Assembly (NCBI GenBank): GCA_003602415.1
Contig: QQSK01000005.1
Location: 31,772-95,771 of the forward strand
From: Candidatus Poseidoniales archaeon
GTDB taxonomy: Archaea > Thermoplasmatota > Poseidoniia > Poseidoniales > Poseidoniaceae
Length of the DNA stretch: 64,000 bases
Reading direction: 5' to 3'
Position 1 is the stretch's first letter. Each line of letters opens with the position of its first letter. The notes beneath the pieces were generated by a model, which made no database searches, was not told where the DNA came from, and worked only from the letters and a program-made list of their open reading frames with translations. Position numbers and translations under genes: made by a program. This document shows positions 57,401 to 64,000 of this stretch, piece by piece.

Positions 57401-59484
57401 CGAGCGTATCGTATTTCTTCGCCAGCGCTAGCGTTTCCAAAGTCAAGCCAAGCGATGTGGATATTATTCTGAGGATCGGTTAACAATGCAGGGTAGGCAG
57501 AGTTTTGACTGCTGCCTTGAGGCATTTGTTGCCATCCTTCGACTTCAGAAATCGGTGTGTCCTCAATTCTCTTGATTGCGTAAGTGGATAATCCCTGCGG
57601 AACTCCATCCCATTCTCCAGCTCCTTGTAGACGTAGTTTGGTGTAGTATACTTCGTATGGTACATTCTTCTCGAAGCCGTAATCTCTACCGTCCATCCAA
57701 GCGATGTGAGTGTTACCTTGCATATCCACTCCAATAGATGGGTGGAAAGAGAATGCGTCGTCGATGGTGACACGTGTGTCGTTAACTACGACCAAGTGAC
57801 CCTCGCTTCCTTTTCCGACATCTTCAGCATATCCGTTACCCAGTGTTGTGTGACCAGGATTTCCTGGAGTCCACTGTGGGTCGTTGTTCATCTTACCGTA
57901 TGGGTCCAATACTGTCATGAAAATTTCACGAGAGTTGTTGGTTGAAATGTAAACCATTGCTTCTACAAGTAGTTGCATCTGGCTTGCTCCGCCGGTTCCA
58001 GATGGGAATTCGTATGCTTGTCCACCAGCATCTGTTGAGCGGACAGAGTTGCCCGGACAATTTCTGGTTGCTGTAGAAACCACTCCGTTAGGGCACTGTA
58101 CTAAGTCTCTCATGTGAGATTCAATATTACCAGCTCCACCATATGACTGGCCGTATAGTCCGACTGGAATTACGCCCGCGTTCAAACAGTTGTCGTGTGC
58201 TTCGTTAATTGAAGCGGTGTCATCTGCTTGTTGTGAAGGATCGCCGTCTTTAGGTCCTTCATCAGAAACTGGTAGAACGATCTTGGTTGCGTTAGGATTC
58301 CATCGGTGGTCCGATGAAGTTGGAGGGTTACCTGGAACATTTCCAATTGTGTCTTTCCAAGATAGGCACGCCCAGTTAGACCCTGGTCCCCAATCTTCTC
58401 CAGAATATCCAGAGTAGGTTGCTCCATTGTATACTGTACCTGGAAGTACACGAAGGCCTCCGGAGTCGTCGTTAGGACTCAGTCCAAGAGCAGTGTTTCT
58501 TGGACCCTGTCCGTTTTGATAATGAGTTGCACAGTTACCTGATTGTGCTGCTCCCGGCAAGGTGTTACCTAGACCGTAAATTGTTTCATATACAGTCATG
58601 TTACCTTCCTGAAGCATTGGCTTAATTCCCTTGAAGAATCCGCCAGATGCAAAGTTTCCACCGTAGATTACAGTACAAACATCCGCCCACTCAGAGTACA
58701 TTGAACCCGAGGTATCTACAACGAATACCAGTTCGACTTTACCGCCACGAGTATCATCCCATGCGATTTGTACGTAATCATTGGCGTCTACTACAATATC
58801 TGGGTGTCCCTTGTGGCCGATAATAGGGGTCAAGAGAGTGTCGTCGAATAGTACGATTGCGTTTTGGACGCTGTAATCTGGTTGTAGCATCTTGTAGTAA
58901 ATTTGTGGTTGCTGGAAGAACATATCCAATGAATCATAATTGTCTTGCCAAACAATGTGTATGTTGCCTTGACTGTCGACATCGATTGCTGGCCAATCAC
59001 GGTTGTTGATGTGTTGAGCGACGATGTAGTCGTCAATAGCTGTTAGAGAGCCGTCGTCAGATACTGAGCCATCCATTGCCGTATTGAATGGGTGTAGGGC
59101 AGTGTACATGATCTTGTGTTGGCCAGAGTGATCTGCCCAAACAACGTGAACTATGTCGTTTTCATCTATTACCATATCAGGATGGTAAATCTTGTGAAGT
59201 CCGGCGCCTGTAACCTGAGTTGCGTCAATGAGAGTATCTCCACGAGGAGAGATCATCGAGTAATACAAATGCTGATTCGAGCGACTCCAGACGACGTGAA
59301 CGTTGCCTTCCGAGTCGGAAGCGACTGCAGACATGCGGTCTGAAGAGCCTCCTCCATCGACGACTTGTATTGCTTCTGTAATCACAACTTGAGTTGCTGC
59401 TGCTGGAGCTGCGACCAAGATTGCTGATAGTGTTGAAAGCACCATTATTGCTGCAAGGCTTACTGACTTTATTTTCTGACCCAT
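54469..59484 (-). CDS. giant (1671 aa) secreted, C-terminally anchored surface protein with propeller-like repeats, vWA-like MIDAS motif and multiple Ig-like modules
   Basis: Signal peptide. Seven G-N-x-H-[IV]-[VA]-W-x-D blade-like motifs. VFVVDTSGSM (DxSxS). Downstream modules are CARDB/NEW3-like (e.g. TYNLNLTGMPENWTANLY). There is a C-terminal TM helix. Confidence 0.85.
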   Translation of the reverse strand: MGQKIKSVSLAAIMVLSTLSAILVAAPAAATQVVITEAIQVVDGGGSSDRMSAVASDSEGNVHVVWSRSNQHLYYSMISPRGDTLIDATQVTGAGLHKIYHPDMVIDENDIVHVVWADHSGQHKIMYTALHPFNTAMDGSVSDDGSLTAIDDYIVAQHINNRDWPAIDVDSQGNIHIVWQDNYDSLDMFFQQPQIYYKMLQPDYSVQNAIVLFDDTLLTPIIGHKGHPDIVVDANDYVQIAWDDTRGGKVELVFVVDTSGSMYSEWADVCTVIYGGNFASGGFFKGIKPMLQEGNMTVYETIYGLGNTLPGAAQSGNCATHYQNGQGPRNTALGLSPNDDSGGLRVLPGTVYNGATYSGYSGEDWGPGSNWACLSWKDTIGNVPGNPPTSSDHRWNPNATKIVLPVSDEGPKDGDPSQQADDTASINEAHDNCLNAGVIPVGLYGQSYGGAGNIESHMRDLVQCPNGVVSTATRNCPGNSVRSTDAGGQAYEFPSGTGGASQMQLLVEAMVYISTNNSREIFMTVLDPYGKMNNDPQWTPGNPGHTTLGNGYAEDVGKGSEGHLVVVNDTRVTIDDAFSFHPSIGVDMQGNTHIAWMDGRDYGFEKNVPYEVYYTKLRLQGAGEWDGVPQGLSTYAIKRIEDTPISEVEGWQQMPQGSSQNSAYPALLTDPQNNIHIAWLDFGNASAGEEIRYARLNATDETGPGETALDAWNSTAVTSWSSFKLGPNQLSKPTLGQPPAFANDLGSGAHIAWSDTNKCSDESNGGPWTICYSHVLTGQVDVEFDEGETYYHVIEPGEQTIYNLTINNTTPGPKDLVADTYNLNLTGMPENWTANLYFANNHTAIFEDTPIFLEGGEMARMYLRVRAPSIYQAAEDQLAEITVSAISLKDPAIRSERLTLTLMDVVHGIDLDTSHRMADVEQGQTAIFSITITNTGNVHDTYAFYDPNSLEGQQEWLLPFGWQVAFPMQVALDPGQSVTKNLEISVPTSQDPGTFVIYVKGWSEGEPVKSIEKGTFDVLELWINVSIRSIGNIVFEIYDTSEMILPSPGSGTPSCANYEINVIKNYEAGYLVFTTPGAPEAKPDEVDMNTWRQDHWTVELDFSNAPGPRDPADPNSPRLWPVGTTYTVGVDVCAPVNANAGLGPAVTVKAHLEGYPRVADSVILSTNVIHVFDLTADAETTDFFANPGDTWIIPTTVANTGNGPDRYDLRLGRVYDSAGIDVLWDIDIPRSLLTELTRDTSQTVDLTINVPNQVPAGDYTVVIQAFSEEDYPDDTGHRTRLRDEIMFHVTVNEFYDMQISMDESVDNSVKTSAPGRIVEFVVNITNAGNVPDTPSLHNHTSSKDGSTGNVIWNTLPGMGALSDWSVDWKMVNYVGSDLIVETECIKTTSTEEEFPDDVCVYMTDINEWRLPEMDPYTTHTMIATVHISTGAKLDTRYIGLKVTSMAGDMENDGDHDDSPEWAGDLLDTNEFIVTLRLRAPNLLIKEVSVSQTSNEVDKTIPVRVVLQNDGNVHATNIEVVLCEFSDADDDVLKDIRRNGCPEDSIVMRQTVGALLAPDASEDAQEIELYLLYPVSAGSHDVVVVVDPSNTIVEVSESDNIKVVSDELSSDSPFMDVAGEIVSEWALPFGVLLLTFSLFGVLYLVGKGRRAEVNNRLAEQSSLISVLQEDES

Positions 59485-59580
59485 ACGGATTCCATCCTAA
59501 CGACAGTTTCAACGCTACATTACTCCTACTTAACCGCGCGCCCCATCGGTCATTCGAAATTAAATTGTCAAGCGAGAATA

Positions 59581-60228
59581 CTATATCCAATCTGAGGGAT
59601 CGAAATCATCACCAAACGACATTGAGTCGTCGGTATGAATTTCTTCTGGTGGAGAAGACTGTGGGCGACCAACCCTTTGTTTGGAATCTTTGCGATCTTG
59701 CCAATCATCAACAGGCCCTGGTTTTCCAGTTCCTATTCCAAAAGTGAATTTGATGTCGTGGATGATTCCTAATTTTGCTAGCCATAATCTTCGAAGGTTT
59801 TGCATCATTTCATTCTTGGTTAAACCATCAAACCAAACCGGCTCACTTACGTTAAACGCTTGTAGTGGACCTGGCCTATTTTTGCCAGAGTGACCCAAAT
59901 GAATTCCCCAGTCTACACCTGATGCGATTAGTTGCATCCTGCACTCATGCATCCAGTTCTTCCATTCATCTTCATCTTCTTTCATCATATCTCGCATTGA
60001 GCTTTGTTGACCTTCGTCGACTCTTGTCATTGAAGAAATTGCAAGTAAATCTCTACCTTTTGGAATCACAACCGCGAACATATGTCCGTTCTTTCCTTGA
60101 GGGTATTTTACAAGCAAATGTAATTGTGCCCTAGGGTCTTCTTGTTCCCTTATTTCGATTCGTTCACTCGCTAGCCAAGAGCGCACTAGCCTCTCTGCTT
60201 CCTCGGGCGACATAACACGCCCAAACAC
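59581..60228 (-). CDS. hypothetical protein
   Basis: 215-aa ORF, last gene of a same-strand run. No motif I can name with confidence. Confidence 0.55.
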   Translation of the reverse strand: MFGRVMSPEEAERLVRSWLASERIEIREQEDPRAQLHLLVKYPQGKNGHMFAVVIPKGRDLLAISSMTRVDEGQQSSMRDMMKEDEDEWKNWMHECRMQLIASGVDWGIHLGHSGKNRPGPLQAFNVSEPVWFDGLTKNEMMQNLRRLWLAKLGIIHDIKFTFGIGTGKPGPVDDWQDRKDSKQRVGRPQSSPPEEIHTDDSMSFGDDFDPSDWI

Positions 60229-60246
60229 TCAACTCACTTGAACCGT

Positions 60247-61785
60247 TCAGTTTAGTAGTTCGCGTAATTTTACTAAATCTGCGCTTACCAAGGTATTGGT
60301 TTTTAGACGGCGAGTCCACTTTGCAAAGTCTGATACTGAATCCCAACCTATTGCAAACGTTACTCCTGATAGCCAAAATACCAGAATTGATGAAATCCAA
60401 ATACAAATTGTGGCGATTGATTGCTGCCAAATTTCATTGCCGAATATTCCCAACAAATCATAACCAATTTCTGAATTGAATGTAACGCACAGCCCTGTCA
60501 AAATAGTTGCAAGTATTGGCCACCACAAAAATGAGCCAAACATTGCAAAGAGCATGTGATATGAGGTGCGTGCATCTAGACCTTCGTCGGTTCTATCTCC
60601 CAATAATCTACCCAAGGCGATTTGCCAACCTAGGCACAAAATTAGAGTGGGCAAGAATACTAACATCGGAATTAATTTGACTAGATTAGCGATTGCCCCA
60701 AATGGTGAAAATCCTCGGAGACCATCTATGTTAGAATTGATGTCGCGCCCGTCTAATCTGGCTGCTTCTAATGTATCTCCGATACGTGTTGCTATCTCTT
60801 TGACCTCTGGAGTTGCAGGGTTGTCTTTCAGTTTACGAGTCTCCAAAACCTCTTCTCTCCATGTTAACTCAGGTTTCTTTTCTAGCCGTCTTTTGACATG
60901 AGCGATGACTCCGTCTCGGTGAACTTCACTAAACGATTCTCTATCAGGAGTCATCGGTGCTAATCTTTCTTGTAATTGGTCGCGTAAAGCTACTACGGCT
61001 TCGGCTGGAGGCTCCATCCAATCTCCGGCTTTCACGGCTTGGACCAACTCTGCAGGCAAGTCTTCGTGAGGCAACTCCATTGGATCTCCATATTCTATCC
61101 AACAATCTGTCCTAAACAAATGTCTAGTTCGGAAATGTAGTCCGATTGGAATCAATACCGGAGGTTTTGTTCCGATCGCTTTAGAGTGAGCTGCTGCGGC
61201 TAAGACGGTTCTAAATGGGCCGGTTTTCAAACGAATAAGGTGGCTTTCAGAATGGCTTGTTCCCTCAGGGAATAGTGCACATCCGAAACCGTGTGAAATG
61301 CCGGTTGCTAAATTCAATAATGATCTGCCATTTAGGTAATTAGCCTCTTCTTCAGAGCAGCCTCCTCGTAATAATTCTGCTTTCCTCACTACCGGCTGGA
61401 CTGCAAATTTTCTAGCCCAGAACCCAAGTATTGGGCGAGTAACCAAATCGTGCCTTCCACCAACCACGAACTTCTTGGGGTGGGATAAGAAAATTGAGAC
61501 TGGGTCGATTAATCCGTTTGTATGCCATGCAGAACACATACTTCCTCTATCGAGAGGGATTTTTTCTTGACCTGTTGTTTCAATGGTTCTAAATTGAGAA
61601 TATACGGTTCGTCTGAGCAAAAAATATCCCACTTCCATGAAAAATGGAGAACCTGGGTAATCTTTTTCGAAGCTGGGGAGGGGGGTGTCGACCAATTTTT
61701 TGTAATTCATTTTGGTCGCTGAACGAGAAAGTTCGGGCAATAATTCTCCATGGTGGTCTCTTGCTCCGTCTGCTCCTTTTTTCAT
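60247..61785 (-). CDS. LPLAT-superfamily (PlsC-like) acyltransferase fused to a C-terminal membrane domain
   Basis: AWHTNGLIDP is a His...Asp motif one residue longer than the canonical HX4D. FPEGTSHSE is the FPEGT motif. The C-terminal ~150 aa hold 4-5 TM helices. ATGA overlap with the HIT gene. Confidence 0.65.
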   Translation of the reverse strand: MKKGADGARDHHGELLPELSRSATKMNYKKLVDTPLPSFEKDYPGSPFFMEVGYFLLRRTVYSQFRTIETTGQEKIPLDRGSMCSAWHTNGLIDPVSIFLSHPKKFVVGGRHDLVTRPILGFWARKFAVQPVVRKAELLRGGCSEEEANYLNGRSLLNLATGISHGFGCALFPEGTSHSESHLIRLKTGPFRTVLAAAAHSKAIGTKPPVLIPIGLHFRTRHLFRTDCWIEYGDPMELPHEDLPAELVQAVKAGDWMEPPAEAVVALRDQLQERLAPMTPDRESFSEVHRDGVIAHVKRRLEKKPELTWREEVLETRKLKDNPATPEVKEIATRIGDTLEAARLDGRDINSNIDGLRGFSPFGAIANLVKLIPMLVFLPTLILCLGWQIALGRLLGDRTDEGLDARTSYHMLFAMFGSFLWWPILATILTGLCVTFNSEIGYDLLGIFGNEIWQQSIATICIWISSILVFWLSGVTFAIGWDSVSDFAKWTRRLKTNTLVSADLVKLRELLN

Positions 61786-62219
61786 TCAGATGCCTCCTTA
61801 ATTTGTTGACATAGCGATGCTAAATGAGTGAAATCAGGAGGATTTGGTGGGTTGGCGTTGGGGAAGATTGCTGGCAACGCAAGGCCCTTGTCGCCTTCGG
61901 TTCTTGGAATCAAATGAATATGTACATGTGGGATTTCTTGACCCGCTTTAGGGCCATCGTGTACCATTACGGTGAAATCTTCTGTTTCAAAAAAAGACGA
62001 GAGAATCGATTGCGTTTGTTTAACGCCTTCAAACAAATGTGTAATCTCATTGTCGCTCAAATCTGCAATTCTTTGAACTGGACTATGGGGGACTACTAGA
62101 GTGTGCCCTGGTGCTCTAGGAAATACATCCAAGAAAGAGGCCCAATTATCGCCCCTTGCAATGAAGTTTCCAGGAATTTCTCCAGAGAGGATTTTCTGAA
62201 ATAATGTCTTCTCTGCCAT
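61782..62219 (-). CDS. HIT-family (histidine triad) protein
   Basis: The motif HVHIHLIPR, and N-terminus MAEKTLFQKILSGEIPG. ATG 62219 was chosen. Confidence 0.85.
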   Translation of the reverse strand: MAEKTLFQKILSGEIPGNFIARGDNWASFLDVFPRAPGHTLVVPHSPVQRIADLSDNEITHLFEGVKQTQSILSSFFETEDFTVMVHDGPKAGQEIPHVHIHLIPRTEGDKGLALPAIFPNANPPNPPDFTHLASLCQQIKEASE

Positions 62220-62269
62220 AAACTGCCCACTATCCTCGACCTCAAAGTATTGAGGGTGGATTTCGTGAA

Positions 62270-63904
62270 TCATTCCGGCATAAGTACCCAAGTTCCCGAT
62301 GGGCCCTTACGAATTGCAAGAGTGGATATGTTGCCTTCTTCATCGACCAGTGTGTGGTGCATTTGTTCTGGGTCAGCATCGGTGAAATCGGCTCTTTGGT
62401 GGCTTCCTCTACTCTCGGTCCTTGAAAGAGCACTCAACGCAGTTGCTTTAGCAAGTCTAATTCCTGCCTTGAGGCGTAGTGCCTCGAGTAAGTTCGAGTT
62501 GAAAAGTCGGCTACTGTCATCAATATGCAGTTTTTCTGCATTGGATTGCAAATTATCTAGAGCTTCAATCGCCGATTCTAGGCCTGCTTTGTCACGAGTT
62601 AATCCAAGATGGGTGTTCATGATTTCAGATAATTTTGCGAATAGTGGTCCTGCTCTCTGGACTGGGCCCTCTTCAGCACCAGCCATATCAAAGTCAAGGT
62701 CTGCTTCAGCAGCGCCTAAGTGTGTCTCAAGTGCTGCTCTGCCACTGAAGTTTGCTTTGGATGCAAATTGTGCTGCGTGATCTCCTGCTGCTGCCCCTCC
62801 TGCTAATGCATCAAGAAGGCGGTTGCCTGCGACCATTCCTGCCCCATGGACTCCTGAACAAGCTGAGTCTCCGGCTGCATACAGGCCTGTAAACCAACGA
62901 GACCACTTGCCAGAAATAGCCCTGCCGTGTTCATCTGTTGTGATTCCTCCCAAAGTGGTTGAAACCTGAGCGCTGACTGGAATTGTTTGGCGAGAGGTGT
63001 TTATTCCTAATCTGGTTGATACTATCTCAGATGTTTGTGCCCACCAAACTTTTGATTCGCCCATATTTCTAGCGTCTAGAACTACTCCTTGAGAGCCGAC
63101 TGCATTAGCCAGAGAGGTGCTATCTGCGAAATCTTCCACTTCTAGAGGTGTCCCATTTGAATGATGAAGGGTTGCTCCATCTGCAAGCATTCCGATTGGT
63201 AAGACTACATTGGTTCCTGAGATTGAAAGTGGCGCCCATGAAACGAATTCCATGTTTCGTGTGGATAGTCCGGTTCTCATTGCTAAATCTATACCAAGAC
63301 CGATTGAGTTTCCAGACCAAATTCCTTCAAAGCCTCCATCTGCAATAATTACACTCTTGGATTGTATTGCGTTGACTGTGCCAGTGGTCATGTCTAAACA
63401 AATCAATCCGTGAACTTGTTGATCTGTATGTACCAGGCGAAGAGGCAATTGGTCGCCCCTTCTAACTACGCCGTGCCTCATACATTGTTCCTCGAGAACC
63501 TGTTGTGTTTCGCGAACCATAGCGTCCCCTGCGCCCGCTAGACGTGGTAATGTGTGACCGGCTGCTCTTCGCACCAATGGGATTCCATCAGCATCTCTAC
63601 GGAAAATAACTCCCCACCTCTCTAACAAGTCGACTTGGCGGGTCGCTTCAGATACTCGTTGTGAGACTATGTCTTGGTCGCATAGGAAGCCGCCTGCACG
63701 AATTGTATCGTCTCTGTGAGATTTGGTGGTGCTTTCTTTCAAGGGAGCCGCGATACCATCTATTGCAATTGTATCTCCCGCTCCCAAACTATTTGCAGAC
63801 ATCATTAGAGTTGATGCTCCAGCTTTGGCCGCACTCGCTGATGCGCGTAGTGCTGCAGGCCCGTCTCCAATTACGATGATGTCCCATGCTTCCAAGTACT
63901 CCAC
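62270..63904 (-). CDS. SdhA/FrdA/NadB-family FAD flavoprotein (L-aspartate oxidase or fumarate-reductase-like)
   Basis: DIIVIGDGPAALRA, DGIAA, DDTIRAGGFLCD, GGITTD, GLYAAGDSACSGVHGAGMVAGNRLLD and SRGSHQRADF. No obvious covalent-FAD His motif and no adjacent sdhB/C/D. Confidence 0.8.
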   Translation of the reverse strand: MEYLEAWDIIVIGDGPAALRASASAAKAGASTLMMSANSLGAGDTIAIDGIAAPLKESTTKSHRDDTIRAGGFLCDQDIVSQRVSEATRQVDLLERWGVIFRRDADGIPLVRRAAGHTLPRLAGAGDAMVRETQQVLEEQCMRHGVVRRGDQLPLRLVHTDQQVHGLICLDMTTGTVNAIQSKSVIIADGGFEGIWSGNSIGLGIDLAMRTGLSTRNMEFVSWAPLSISGTNVVLPIGMLADGATLHHSNGTPLEVEDFADSTSLANAVGSQGVVLDARNMGESKVWWAQTSEIVSTRLGINTSRQTIPVSAQVSTTLGGITTDEHGRAISGKWSRWFTGLYAAGDSACSGVHGAGMVAGNRLLDALAGGAAAGDHAAQFASKANFSGRAALETHLGAAEADLDFDMAGAEEGPVQRAGPLFAKLSEIMNTHLGLTRDKAGLESAIEALDNLQSNAEKLHIDDSSRLFNSNLLEALRLKAGIRLAKATALSALSRTESRGSHQRADFTDADPEQMHHTLVDEEGNISTLAIRKGPSGTWVLMPE

Positions 63905-64000
63905 CTCCGGCAGTTTGGGCGAAGCGTGGACATGTCATAAGCAACGCGCTTAGACTATCATGGAATCGCCGTAGAGACTTCGAGTGCAGGCAGTGATGAT

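Noticed and set aside
1-64000. Prophage, integrative element or transposon content
   Set aside because: I saw no integrase, transposase, capsid or terminase motifs, no terminal inverted repeats and no flanking direct repeats. Only the local GC shift at 3629-4468 hints at acquisition.

Overview
The window reads as an archaeal chromosome segment of about 60 genes. Archaeal markers are the primase large subunit PriL, TFB, topoisomerase VI A and B, a DUF373 membrane protein, an archaeal-type phosphopantothenate synthetase and a Pcc1-like protein. The roughly 40% GC background, several giant secreted or anchored surface proteins and a bacterial-type acyltransferase are compatible with a marine planktonic euryarchaeon such as Marine Group II; that placement is inference only. 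Most of the window is housekeeping and central metabolism: PckA, FumC, an aconitase-family enzyme, an IPMDH/tartrate-DH-family enzyme, an SdhA/NadB-family flavoprotein, GcvH, NadC, HflX, Xth, RNase HI, cyclophilin, asparaginase and sugar-nucleotide genes. I saw no tRNA, rRNA, CRISPR array, integrase or transposase. The main finding is a GC-rich block of about 0.95 kb (about 23470-24425) between fumC and a beta-propeller gene. It has only spurious multi-frame ORFs on both strands. Read on the minus strand it folds into a dense series of hairpins: nine exact CUUCGG tetraloop motifs, a GAAA-capped stem, a 12-bp terminal helix and G-U wobbles that exist only in that orientation. I interpret it as a large, ornate structured non-coding RNA that I cannot assign to any known class. 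Secondary items are a hairpin-rich, ORF-poor convergent intergenic region (4667-5155), a GC-shifted cassette with a Zn-ribbon/PD-(D/E)XK-like protein and two Cys-rich mini-proteins (3629-4930), and several unusual protein architectures. All calls rest on motif recognition by eye; no database search or folding computation was possible.
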